From an uncultured archaeon (GTDB taxonomy: Archaea; Thermoproteota; Nitrososphaeria; Nitrososphaerales; Gagatemarchaeaceae): 64,000 bases of DNA. How positions within the stretch are numbered: the first letter of the stretch is position 1; each line of letters begins with the position of its first letter. The stretch spans positions 1,056,001 to 1,120,000 of the forward strand of contig CAWFOU010000001.1 of the NCBI GenBank assembly GCA_963817525.1, read 5' to 3'. The notes beneath the pieces were generated by a model, which was given only the letters and a program-made list of their open reading frames with translations, had not been told where the DNA came from and made no database searches. The position numbers and the translations under genes were made by a program. Below, piece by piece: positions 36,814 through 46,126 of the stretch.

Positions 36814-37980
36814 TTACTTCCCTCGCACGGCCACGTCCGCGACCCGCTTGGGGTCCAGCGGGTAGCCGAGCTTCGAGAACGTCTTCGCCATGGCGTCGAC
36901 GGTCCTCTGGATGTCTGCCTCGGTGACGTTCCCCATCGACCCGAGCCTGAGGATCTTCCCCTTGAGCGGGCCTAGCCCTCCGGTTATCACCACGTCGTGC
37001 TCGTCGCTCATGATGTCACGGAACTTCTCGTCGTCGACGCCCTTCGGACACTTTACCGTTATCACGGTGTTTGACCTGCAGCTCCTGTCAGCGAAGCACT
37101 CGAGGCCCATCGATTCTATGGCGGAGTATAGCTGATTAGCGCACCTCACGTGCCTCGCCACCCTCTTCTCGAGCGTCTCCTCCATCAGGGCCGCCAGTGC
37201 CTCGTCAAGGGCGTAGTAGAGGGAGACGGCCGGAGTGAAGGGCGTGTAGCCGTGCTCCAGAAAGTCCAGGTGCTTCCCCAAGTCGAAGTACCTCACGGTC
37301 GGAGGCGTCTTCTTGAGGAACTCGGCCACCCGCTGGTTGAGCGAGATGATGACCAGCCCGGGAGGGGCTGCGACGCACTTTTGGGTCGCCGTGACGCACA
37401 TGTCGACCTCCCACGCGTCCACCGGGACCGAGTACCCTCCGATGCTTGAGACGCCGTCAACGACCATGAAGGCGCCCTTCTCGTGGGCCGCCTTCGCCAG
37501 CTCCTGGATGTAGGGGATGGCGCAACCCGTGCTTGTCTCGTTGTGGACGGTGTAGACCGCCTTCAGGTTGTCCGTCCTGCGGATCGCCTCCTTGACCTCT
37601 TCGAGACGTGGGACGTTTCCCGGCTCGGCGAAGACCTTGACCACGCGCGCCCCGGCGAGCTCGATCGCCTCGGCGAGGCGCTGCCCGAACTCCCCGTAGA
37701 CCGGGACGACCACGTTGTCCCCGGGACGGACGAGGGCGAAGGCGATGGCCTCGACCCCTCCGGTCCCTGACGCTGTGATCGTGACTATGTGCTCCTTCGT
37801 CTGGAAGAGATACCTGCCCTTCTCGGTGATGCTCTCGACGAGGGTCGTGAACTCTGGAGACCTGTGATTGATCATCGGCTTTAGCATGGCTGCCATCACC
37901 CTGTCCGAGACGTTCGTCGGACCAGGTATCATGAGGAGCTTCTTCTTCGGGAAGACCTTCGACATTGTTTGACCCCTCAC
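36814..37980 (-). CDS. Class V PLP aminotransferase (serine-pyruvate/alanine-glyoxylate type)
   Basis: LMIPGPT, SGTGG, VHNETSTG, VDGVSS, TQKC, PFTP, RLGSMG. Confidence 0.92.
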   Translation of the reverse strand: MRGQTMSKVFPKKKLLMIPGPTNVSDRVMAAMLKPMINHRSPEFTTLVESITEKGRYLFQTKEHIVTITASGTGGVEAIAFALVRPGDNVVVPVYGEFGQRLAEAIELAGARVVKVFAEPGNVPRLEEVKEAIRRTDNLKAVYTVHNETSTGCAIPYIQELAKAAHEKGAFMVVDGVSSIGGYSVPVDAWEVDMCVTATQKCVAAPPGLVIISLNQRVAEFLKKTPPTVRYFDLGKHLDFLEHGYTPFTPAVSLYYALDEALAALMEETLEKRVARHVRCANQLYSAIESMGLECFADRSCRSNTVITVKCPKGVDDEKFRDIMSDEHDVVITGGLGPLKGKILRLGSMGNVTEADIQRTVDAMAKTFSKLGYPLDPKRVADVAVRGK

Positions 37981-38507
37981 CCCTCCCCTTCAAGGTCTTT
38001 GTGAATCATGCTTCTAACCCTCTCCACGCCGCCGATGCTCTTCACCATCGACGCCACCGAGGCCGGGACCAGCTTCTCCCACTCCTTCATCTCCAATATA
38101 CGGTTGCGGACGTTCGTCGCAGAGAGGCTCGGCCTGTCGAGGTACCTCACCGCCTCGACGTCGACGCCCTCCTCCTTGAGGAGCCGAGTCGTCAGTCCGT
38201 CGTTGGTGAAGACGATGTCGAACGGGGGGACGGTCGCCTTCAGGATAGCTGGCCACAGCGCGTGAGAGTCGGTGTCGGCGATGGGGATGGCCATCCACTT
38301 GCCTGGCTTTACGTCTCCGGCGTCGAGCGCTGCCTTGATCATCGCGATCCTCTCGCCCGCGGTGAAGGGGTTGTCGCGCTCGTGGTCGCGCTGGGAGCTC
38401 CCGATCACGATGTAGAGGTAGTCGACCTTTTTCAGGGCGTAGCGTACGGCTTCTAGGTGTCCGTTGTGGAAAGGCTGGAATCTCCCCACAAGTACGCCGA
38501 CGGTCAA
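37977..38507 (-). CDS. nadM: Nicotinamide-nucleotide adenylyltransferase
   Basis: GRFQPFHNGH, IGSSQ, NPFTAGER, SATNVR. Confidence 0.93.
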   Translation of the reverse strand: MTVGVLVGRFQPFHNGHLEAVRYALKKVDYLYIVIGSSQRDHERDNPFTAGERIAMIKAALDAGDVKPGKWMAIPIADTDSHALWPAILKATVPPFDIVFTNDGLTTRLLKEEGVDVEAVRYLDRPSLSATNVRNRILEMKEWEKLVPASVASMVKSIGGVERVRSMIHKDLEGEG

Positions 38508-38609
38508 CTGCTTCTATCCCTGCGGGTCTTCGGTGAGTATTTAAGCGGTTTTCGCCGCTCTCCAGAACTAACGACAAGAGCGCATAGCCCGCCGGCCTCC
38601 CTCGAGGGC

Positions 38610-39653
38610 GTGGTGGAGGTGGACGGCTCGTACGGCGAGGGCGGGGGACAGATCCTGAGGACGGCGGTCTCGTTCTCCATGGTGCTGGGGCTCCCGATAC
38701 GCGTCACCAAGATAAGGGCCGGGAGGAAGGTCCCGGGGCTCCGCCCGCAGCACGCCGCGACGATAAAGATCCTCGGGGAGATATGCTCGGCGGAGGTCGA
38801 AGGGGCGACCGTCGGCTCCACGGAGCTGAGCTTCTCCCCCGGGGAGGTCGTGTCCAGCCGCGGCTCCTTCGACCTTGGGACGGCGGCGAGCATCCCCCTC
38901 GTCCTGCAGGCTGTGATACCCGCGGTGTCCCTGATGGGGAGGTCCTACGAAATCGAGCTCGTGGGAGGGACCGACGTGCCGTGGAGCCCTACCTCTGACT
39001 ACATCGAAAGGGTGGTCGCCCCCGCGATGAAGGAGGTCGGGATAGGCTTCGCGTTCAAGGTGGAGAGGAGAGGATACTACCCCAACGGGGGAGGCAGGGC
39101 GACCGTCCACATCGACCCGTGCGAGCGAGTGGCGGCGCTGCAGCTAGCCTCCAGGAGGGGGGACGGTAGCAGCCCCTCCCTGGTCAGCCGGTGCGGGCAG
39201 CTCCCCGTGAGCGTGGCGGAGAGGCAGGCGAAGGCGGTGGTCTCCGCGCTCAGAGCCAGGGGGGTGGAGGTGGGCGCGAAGGACGTGAGGTTGGAGAACT
39301 CAGTGTCGCCGGGCAGCTCGGCGTTGGTCTCCCTCACGGGAAGAAACTGCTACATCGGGGGGGACTCGATCGGGGCCCGGGGAAAGCCGGCGGAGAACGT
39401 GGGCAGGGAGGCCGCAGACGGCTTCCTGACGGCCTTCCTCTCCGGCGCCCGGGCCGACGTCCACCTGGCGGACATGCTCGCCCCCGTGCTCTGCCTCTCG
39501 GACCTGCCCTCGGCCATCCTGATACCGTACGTCACCGAGCACCTCAGGACGAGCCTCCACGTTGCGGAGCAGTTCACGTCCGCGGAGAGCGGATTCGAGG
39601 ACCGTGGAGGCGCGGTCCTGCTCTCCATCGCCCCGCGGGAGCAAAATAGCTAA
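38610..39653 (+). CDS. rtcA: RNA 3'-terminal phosphate cyclase
   Basis: DGSYGEGGGQILRT, PGLRPQH, GGTDV, RGYYPNGGG, HLADM, TEHLRT; start uncertain. Confidence 0.92.
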   Translation: MVEVDGSYGEGGGQILRTAVSFSMVLGLPIRVTKIRAGRKVPGLRPQHAATIKILGEICSAEVEGATVGSTELSFSPGEVVSSRGSFDLGTAASIPLVLQAVIPAVSLMGRSYEIELVGGTDVPWSPTSDYIERVVAPAMKEVGIGFAFKVERRGYYPNGGGRATVHIDPCERVAALQLASRRGDGSSPSLVSRCGQLPVSVAERQAKAVVSALRARGVEVGAKDVRLENSVSPGSSALVSLTGRNCYIGGDSIGARGKPAENVGREAADGFLTAFLSGARADVHLADMLAPVLCLSDLPSAILIPYVTEHLRTSLHVAEQFTSAESGFEDRGGAVLLSIAPREQNS

Positions 39654-39694
39654 TAACACCGCGTCAACGGCGACCATCAGGTCGTAATCAGAGC

Positions 39695-40294
39695 ATGTCA
39701 TTTGACGCGTACATCCCAGGAGCGACGGCGGTAGGGATAACCTACAAGGACGGGGTCGTCCTAGGAGCGGAGAGAAGGATCACTCTGGGCAGCTTTGTGG
39801 TCAGCAAGAGCGGCAAGAAGACCTTCAGGGTCACCGAGACCGTCGGGGCGACCTGCGCGGGGATGGTCGCAGACATGCAGAACCTCGTGAAGGAGGTCGG
39901 CGTCTACGTCAAACTCAAGGAGCTCGAGGCCAAGAGACCGCTGGCCGCACCCTCTGTGGCGAAGCTCACGTCCGTCATCATGTTCGAGAGGAGGTTCTCA
40001 CCCCTGCTGACGCAGGTTATCCTGGGAGGAGTGACCCCCAAGCCGAAGATATGGGTCCTAGACCCCCTCGGGAGCCTGCTGACAGACGAGTACGCCTCCG
40101 TCGGCACGGGCGCCGAGATTGCGACTGGAGTAATAGAGGCTGGCTACAGCGCAGGCTTGTCAGAGAAGGACGCGAGGGAGCTCATAGTGACCTCGATAAA
40201 GGCCGCCATCGAGAGGGACTCTATGAGCGGGAACGGCATCGACCTCCTGACGCTGGACAAGCAGGGCTTCCGCGAGGAAGCGATATCGCTCTAG
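39695..40294 (+). CDS. psmB: Proteasome beta subunit, probably non-catalytic paralog
   Basis: PGATAVGI (Ala at the Thr1 position), AERRI, GMVAD, LDPLGS, ERDSMSGNG. Confidence 0.9.
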   Translation: MSFDAYIPGATAVGITYKDGVVLGAERRITLGSFVVSKSGKKTFRVTETVGATCAGMVADMQNLVKEVGVYVKLKELEAKRPLAAPSVAKLTSVIMFERRFSPLLTQVILGGVTPKPKIWVLDPLGSLLTDEYASVGTGAEIATGVIEAGYSAGLSEKDARELIVTSIKAAIERDSMSGNGIDLLTLDKQGFREEAISL

Positions 40295-40309
40295 GGCCGA
40301 AGTTTCGGC

Positions 40310-40456
40310 TTATTCTGGGACGCTCTCAGAGTGAAGCTTTCCGTCCTTCAGACTTACGAAAAGGAAACGGTTGTCCTCGAAGACGAGAGTCAGCTCGTTC
40401 TCCTTCTCCGTCACAGTGAGGAGCCTCTTCTCGACAATCCCGCTGAACTTGGCCAT
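40310..40456 (-). CDS. Small hypothetical protein (48 aa), not in ORF track
   Basis: MAKFSGIVEKRLLTVTEKENELTLVFEDNRFLFVSLKDGKLHSESVPE; ggagg upstream; host-like codons. Confidence 0.6.
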   Translation of the reverse strand: MAKFSGIVEKRLLTVTEKENELTLVFEDNRFLFVSLKDGKLHSESVPE

Positions 40457-40505
40457 CTGGCTTGGCCTCCCTGCCTAGTTTATTTCTGTCTTCCGCATGA
40501 GGCCG

Positions 40506-40691
40506 TCATTCGAAGGCGGAGAGCCGCGTGTTGTTCTTCTGGGCAGAGTACTCCTCCACGCTCTTCCCCGTCGCGCCCCTTATCAGCGACCTGATGACCT
40601 CGTCCATGCTATTGCTCCTGTTCCTCTCCTTCAGCGTCTTCAGGACCCTGTGAGTGTCGTCGTGGACCTTGACGCCTTTCGTCACAAGCAT
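40506..40691 (-). CDS. Ribbon-helix-helix / antitoxin-like small DNA-binding protein
   Basis: KGVKVHDDTHRVLKTLK...SMDEVIRSLI. Confidence 0.7.
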   Translation of the reverse strand: MLVTKGVKVHDDTHRVLKTLKERNRSNSMDEVIRSLIRGATGKSVEEYSAQKNNTRLSAFE

Positions 40692-41128
40692 TAGTCCGCT
40701 CCCGACAGGGCGTCGCTTGAAAAGTTTCCGCGACCGTGGAAGGGTGGATGACTCAGTGTCGTCGATAACTTCAGAGGACCTGCCTCCGGCGCTTTCCCCG
40801 AGGCGGTCTCAGGAAGACGTCCCTAGCCCTCCTGCACTTGGCAACGGAAACGAGTGGCGATGACGGTATGAGAATATCCAGCATGCAACATAGGCCGTTA
40901 GTTCATTTGTCCAAGGCCCTACCTACAGGGTTTTGGTGACTCAGCTTTGTCGCGAGTTCATCATCTTGCCCCGGAGCTATTCTGGGGCATCTGACTGGGA
41001 CGGCGACTCCTTCATCGTCGTGAAAATACTGGCCTGCGCTCCTTTTAGGCTTTTTGCCGGCGACGGTTTTTCCGAGGGTCCGGACCCGGCGAACGTTAAT
41101 ATCCCCGACGCGGACAAACCCAGCGCAG

Positions 41129-41848
41129 ATGTCCCTCGACCCCTCGCTCCTGATCGGAGTGGCGGCTGGCGGGGCGGCAGGTCTCGGAATCTCGTACGCG
41201 GCATTCTATCCCAGAGGCAAGAGCCGAAAGGTCCAGGTGACGCAGAGAGACGAGTCAGGCCAGCTCCGCAAGAAGACCGTGACCTCGGAAGACCTCGAAA
41301 GGTCGAAGAAGGAGATGCGCACTCTGTTGCTCGAGAGGGACCTCCTCTCAGGGGCGCTCACCAAGGTCTACGAGGCGGAGAACGAGGGCAAGATAACTCG
41401 GGACGAGAGGGAGATGATAGCGAAGAGGTACAGCACTCAGATAAGGGAGCTCGAGTCCAAGCTCAGCGACAAGGAGCTGATGGTGGAGGTCGGGGAGCTC
41501 GAGGGGCTCAGGGACGAGCTCATGACGCTCTTCAGGGAGAAGATCCAGAACATCGAGAGCAGGCTCGACCAGGCCAAGGAGAGGCTCCCCAGCGTTGCCC
41601 AGCCGGCCAAGGGGACGGAGGCGCCGATGGCGGCTGGCGGGCGTCCCAAGCCCGCGGCGACGATCTCCACGACGGTCTCCGGGCAGGCCTCGCAGGGCGA
41701 GGACCTTGAGAGGGCGGTCGAGCGCAAGTCCCCCAAGAGGGACGACACAGAGGGGGAGAGGAGGGTGAAGGCCATCCGCGACGAGGTGATGGAGGCGCTC
41801 GAGCGGCTCGAGCAGATAGACACGAGGAAGGAGACCGAAGGCACCTGA
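41129..41848 (+). CDS. Membrane-anchored coiled-coil protein
   Basis: N-terminal TM LLIGVAAGGAAGLGISYAAF; long charged heptad region. Confidence 0.7.
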   Translation: MSLDPSLLIGVAAGGAAGLGISYAAFYPRGKSRKVQVTQRDESGQLRKKTVTSEDLERSKKEMRTLLLERDLLSGALTKVYEAENEGKITRDEREMIAKRYSTQIRELESKLSDKELMVEVGELEGLRDELMTLFREKIQNIESRLDQAKERLPSVAQPAKGTEAPMAAGGRPKPAATISTTVSGQASQGEDLERAVERKSPKRDDTEGERRVKAIRDEVMEALERLEQIDTRKETEGT

Positions 41849-42543
41849 GCGGGAAGGCCTCTACATCGGAGAAGCTGGGCAAGGAGCTCGCCGCGGGGAT
41901 CAAGGACGGCGACGTGGTGGGACTGGGAAGCGGGTCCACCGTCGCGCGGCTCCTGCCCTTCATGGTCAAGGCGATGCGCGACAACGGCGTCGAGGCCACC
42001 TGGGTGCCCACATCCCTCCAGATCCAGGCCGTCGCACAGGAGCTCAAGGTGAGGGTCGGCCCTCTCACCAGCCCTGAGATCGTCAAGGTCGTCGACGGGG
42101 CGGACCAGGTCGACAAGAAGCTCAACCTCATCAAGGGAGGGGGAGGCGCCCTCCTCAAGGAGAAGGTCCTCCTCGGGAGCGCGAAGGACTCCGCGATAGT
42201 GGCCGACGAAAAGAAGTTCGTCGAGAAGCTCGGGATGGGCGACTACCGCGTGCCCATCGAGGTCAGCCAGTTCGCCAGGGAGACGGCCATGGCCATGCTC
42301 AAGAAGAGGGGGAGCAAGGACGTCAAGATACGCCTGGACGCGAGGGGGTACCCGGCATACTCAGAGAACGGGAACATGCTCTTCGACGCCCTCTTCGCGC
42401 CTATCGACAACGCCGCGAAGCTGGAGGTCGACCTAAAGTCCATCCCGGGCGTCCTCGAGGTGGGGATATTCGTGATCAGGCCCATCACAGTATACAAGAT
42501 AAGGCCAGACGGGTCGTATGACGCCTTGAAGCCGGCAGCCTAA
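41845..42543 (+). CDS. rpiA: Ribose-5-phosphate isomerase A
   Basis: GLGSGST, DGADQV, KGGGGALLKEK, PIEV, ENGN, IPGVLEVGIF; probable CTG start overlapping the upstream TGA. Confidence 0.93.
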   Translation: MSGKASTSEKLGKELAAGIKDGDVVGLGSGSTVARLLPFMVKAMRDNGVEATWVPTSLQIQAVAQELKVRVGPLTSPEIVKVVDGADQVDKKLNLIKGGGGALLKEKVLLGSAKDSAIVADEKKFVEKLGMGDYRVPIEVSQFARETAMAMLKKRGSKDVKIRLDARGYPAYSENGNMLFDALFAPIDNAAKLEVDLKSIPGVLEVGIFVIRPITVYKIRPDGSYDALKPAA

Positions 42544-42546
42544 GAA

Positions 42547-42992
42547 GTTCTGGTGCGCCTTGGGGCGATGCGGGGTTTTTGGGGTCAGGTGGTGCGACTC
42601 GGGCGATGCGATTCATATAATGCGTGAGGCTCAGAATAGCCGCACAAATCGAGGAAACCACACGATGCCATATCCAGCGGGTTGTGTATCCCCGGGGACG
42701 ACGAGGGCGTGGGGAATATACAGCGCTCCGTATCCTCCATGCCCGTAGTCAGCCGTCAGCATCAGGAGCGGGGATTCGTAGAACACAACCGTGCCGTGGA
42801 TGCATGTGGTAGGATAGCCTGCACAGAGATATGGGAACACCGGGGCAAAGAAAAGGAAGGCAGGAACCGCTACGACAAGAACCGCGACGACGAGCATTTT
42901 TCGTCTCATCGAGTATCATCGTTGCGATTGAGGGTTGCCAGCTTTAAGAAGGCTTTCCGTCTTGTTCCTTCGAGCCCCAAGTGCCTGAGAAC
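42547..42992. mobile_element. Putative cargo cassette 2: conserved ends around one gene, termini GTTCT...AGAAC
   Basis: Ends match cassette 1; gttctggtgcgccttggggc is an imperfect inverted repeat of gccccaagtgcctgagaac. Confidence 0.58.
42631..42909 (-). CDS. Small membrane-anchored/secreted protein (cargo gene)
   Basis: MRRKMLVVAVLVVAVPAFLFFAPV signal anchor; atypical codon usage. Confidence 0.6.
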   Translation of the reverse strand: MRRKMLVVAVLVVAVPAFLFFAPVFPYLCAGYPTTCIHGTVVFYESPLLMLTADYGHGGYGALYIPHALVVPGDTQPAGYGIVWFPRFVRLF

Positions 42993-43007
42993 AGATTTAT
43001 AATCTAG

Positions 43008-43463
43008 GTGACGGGCCTGCATGATTCGCACAAAATGACGCGTGAGTTAGGCTACAAGACCAAGCCGATCGACCAGGCATTCCTCTCCAAGGCGGACGAG
43101 TTTCCCATCACTGGAGAGCACAACGGCCACAAGGTCAGGGCGGCCGGGATGCCCAGGATGGACGGGGAAGGCAAGCCGGCGCCGACCTCGCAAGGGATCC
43201 ACGGGACCAACACGGCGGTAGACTGGGACGCCTGCAGCGCGGACGGAGTCTGCATGGACGTCTGCCCCGTCTTCGTGTACGAGTGGGCGCTCAACACCGG
43301 CCAGTCCGGCTCTGGGAAGGACAAGATCCTCGCCCCGAACACGCCAGAGTGGCAGACCATGAGGTCGGACAAGTCAGACCCGGTGAGGGAGAAGGACTGC
43401 ATCTACTGCATGGCGTGTGAGACTTCATGCCCGACCCAGTGCATCAAGATCACGCAACCATAA
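43008..43463 (+). CDS. Dicluster ferredoxin with N-terminal His-rich extension (zinc-containing ferredoxin-like)
   Basis: HNGH..GIHGT; CSADGVCMDVCP (CxxDxxC) and CIYCMACETSCP. Confidence 0.88.
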   Translation: MTGLHDSHKMTRELGYKTKPIDQAFLSKADEFPITGEHNGHKVRAAGMPRMDGEGKPAPTSQGIHGTNTAVDWDACSADGVCMDVCPVFVYEWALNTGQSGSGKDKILAPNTPEWQTMRSDKSDPVREKDCIYCMACETSCPTQCIKITQP

Positions 43464-43498
43464 CTGGATGAGCCAATTTTCGTCGTCACACAGCCACG

Positions 43499-44821
43499 TC
43501 AAGGATGGCGGCGAAGATAATCTTCCTCTGCTTGCTTGGTGAATGCCGCAACGTCATCATCCACGGACTTTCGCAGCGCGTCCCTTTTTGGGGCAACCTC
43601 TGACCAAAGAGTTCCCTTCTTGATTGAGAGTGCGAGATTCCTCTTGGCTGTCCTCTCCCTGTGCACTAGCGGGAGTTTCAGCAGAAGGTCCTGAGCCTCT
43701 TCGAAAGTCCCCACCATCACTCGCCAATAGTTCTTCTTCATTTCTATATGAAATCCGGGAGACCTGAATCCGATCTTCTTGTCCAAATAAGGGTCGAGTG
43801 CGCGATATCCCAAATGGACCAGCCACTTCTGGACGCATTGAATAAGATCCAGGTCAGTGTTGTAGTAGACTACTTGCACCGAAGTGGTCCTCGCATTTGG
43901 ATAAACGCCGATCGTGCCTTCGGCGTCGAATAGCCCGGCCAGATACGCCAATACAGTGGAAGGTCTGCGAAATATCCAGCCTCGGCACTCGGCACTCCGT
44001 TCGGGGCTCTAGAAGGAATGAGAAGCTGACGTCCAGGATTGTGGAAAGATTCCATTCATATGTGTGAGTGTCCTTCTTGAATCTGGAGTGCTGATAGACA
44101 TGGCCGTATTTTTCAAATAGATTTCTGAAAAGCTCCACCATCGCTGGGTGCGTACTGCTGGTTGAAACACGGACCGCGTCTCCAAATGGTCTAGAAACAT
44201 GAAAGTCTCCGTGGGATATTCCAAGTAGGTACGCCTTGTCCTCGTCGGTCCCGTCGAACGGATTGCGTTTGTGTTTCCTCGCGTCGGCGATTCCTTTCAG
44301 CCTTCCTTCTTCGAAGTCCCTCGCCTTGACTTCAATCTTCTTGAATAGCCAAGATACGTATCCGCTCGTTTTGCTCCCAATGAGTTCGGCTATGTCCGTC
44401 ATCGAGACTTCACGCACCCAGTGGAGGTACTCCATCACGGCTCTGATTCGTCCCCTCGTCTCCTCGTCTCCTCGTCCAGATGCTCGATGCTCAGTCCCTC
44501 GTTCCGGATGAGCTCTAGCACTGCGCCCTCCTCTCCCTCCACGTCCGGGTTTTCCTGTTTGGGGTGTTTCTCCTTCCAGGTCGTGACCATGTCCTCTGTA
44601 TCCTTGACCAACTCTGCGACTCTGTTGCGCCTCTCAATCCTATACTTCTTCAGATAATGACGAATGAGTTCGGCGCCGGACCTGGAGTTTCCTGTCCCGT
44701 GACCGTAGACTTTGGCTATCTTCGCGGCGGAGAGCTTCTCATCGACGTAGAGGCGTTGCAGGTCCTCTTTGATGGGAGGCCAGGCGGGCGGGGGCTGGGG
44801 GGACTGCTCCTCTGCAGACAA
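43499..44821 (-). pseudogene. Free-standing two-motif LAGLIDADG endonuclease-like gene with N-terminal HTH domains, frameshifted twice
   Basis: LQRLYVDEKLSAAKIAKVYG HTH; YLLGISHGDF and YLAGLFDAEG motifs in different frames; removing one 8-bp and one 7-bp repeat unit gives a single 435-aa ORF. Confidence 0.85.
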
Positions 44822-44935
44822 TTAGTCAGAGACTTCAGAGCGCCTATTATCCGCCCACTTCAGAATGAGATCCGGCTTCGACCGCGCTAGCGGGGCAACA
44901 AAGTATTTAGGCCTAGAAGTGACCGTCGGTCCATC

Positions 44936-45331
44936 TTGGACGAAGACGCGGAGTTGAACCTGATAAACGCCCGCAAGCTAGCGGAGCTCAAGAAGAGGGC
45001 GTCCATCGCGTCCGCGGCGCCTCCGTCTCCCGCGCCCAAGCCGGTCAAGAGCGACAGGGACGTCCTCCTCGGGGTGCTCTACGACAGGGGCGACGAGGTG
45101 CTCCAGACCGCCTACCAGACGTATCCCCGCCAGACGCAGATCGTCGTCACCCAGCTGGCGAGGCTCCTCAAGCAGAACGGGATGAGGGAGCGGATCTCCG
45201 GGGGCGAGCTATACCAGCTCTTCAGGAACCTCGGCCTGAGGTTCAGCCTGAAGACGACGATAAAGATCCAGGACAAGGGCAAGTTCGTGGACCTCAAGGA
45301 CAAGCTGAAGATGGACATGCAAGAGGGCTGA
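44936..45331 (+). CDS. PDCD5-like double-stranded DNA-binding protein
   Basis: DEDAELNLINARKLAELKKR N-terminus; RISGGELYQL. Confidence 0.65.
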   Translation: MDEDAELNLINARKLAELKKRASIASAAPPSPAPKPVKSDRDVLLGVLYDRGDEVLQTAYQTYPRQTQIVVTQLARLLKQNGMRERISGGELYQLFRNLGLRFSLKTTIKIQDKGKFVDLKDKLKMDMQEG

Positions 45332-45336
45332 GCGGG

Positions 45337-46119
45337 TTGGCCCAGACGAAGCCACTCCCCGAGATAGAGGTGAGGGTGCTCTCGACCCCCGACCCCGTGA
45401 AACCGGTCTTGGTCTGCGGCCTCCCCGGGAGCGGCTACGTGGGAAAGCTCGCGGCGGACTACCTCGTCACGGCCTTCACGGCCAAGAAGGTGGCCGAGTT
45501 CTACTCCGTCTCCTTCCCTCCACACGTGAACGTCGGAGACGACGGGGTGGCAACGAGGCTCAGGGGGGAGCTGCACCACGCGGACACCGGGCAGGCGAAC
45601 GACCTCCTCGTGTTCACAGCCGACGCCCAGCCCACGACCTCGAGCGGGGAATACGAGCTCGCCGACGCGGTCCTCAGGGAGGCCGCGAAGCTGGAGGCGA
45701 AGATGGTCTTCTCGCTCGCCGCCTACGTCACCGGGACCTTCGTGAGGGAGCGCCACGTCTTCGGGACGGCCACCTCGAAGGAGGTGATACCCCGCCTCTC
45801 CGAGAACGGCGTCCAGATAATGAGGGAAGGAGGCATCAGCGGCATGAACGGCATCATCGTCGGGATGGCGAAGCTTCACGGGATGGACGGGGTCTCGCTC
45901 CTAGGGGAGACCGCCGGCTACCTTCTCGACCCTGCCGCCTCGCACTCGGTGCTAGAGTCCCTCTCCCACATCCTCGGGCTGAAGATCGATCTGACCTCCA
46001 TCGAGGAGAGGGCGAAGGAGGCGCAGCAGATCTTCGGCCAGGTCCAGAGGATGACGGAGCAAAACGTCGAGGAGGCCAGGGGTACGAAGGAAGAAGGGAA
46101 GCCCGGCTACATAGCCTGA
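45337..46119 (+). CDS. PAC2-family proteasome assembly chaperone
   Basis: GLPGSGYVGKLAADYL, FPP, ADAQP, ISGMNG, LLGET, DPAAS. Confidence 0.88.
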   Translation: MAQTKPLPEIEVRVLSTPDPVKPVLVCGLPGSGYVGKLAADYLVTAFTAKKVAEFYSVSFPPHVNVGDDGVATRLRGELHHADTGQANDLLVFTADAQPTTSSGEYELADAVLREAAKLEAKMVFSLAAYVTGTFVRERHVFGTATSKEVIPRLSENGVQIMREGGISGMNGIIVGMAKLHGMDGVSLLGETAGYLLDPAASHSVLESLSHILGLKIDLTSIEERAKEAQQIFGQVQRMTEQNVEEARGTKEEGKPGYIA

Positions 46120-46126
46120 CGCCGGC

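Noticed and set aside
39695-40294. Proteasome beta subunit lacking Thr1 as a novelty
   Set aside because: A second, non-catalytic beta paralog is common in TACK archaea; the catalytic copy is at 32306-32965.
42540-43000. Target-site duplication around cassette 2 (and cassette 1)
   Set aside because: Flanks ctaagaa and agattta do not match. The agtcttc pair at 11752/12476 and the ttcgggt tandem at 11756-11769 are too ambiguous to call.
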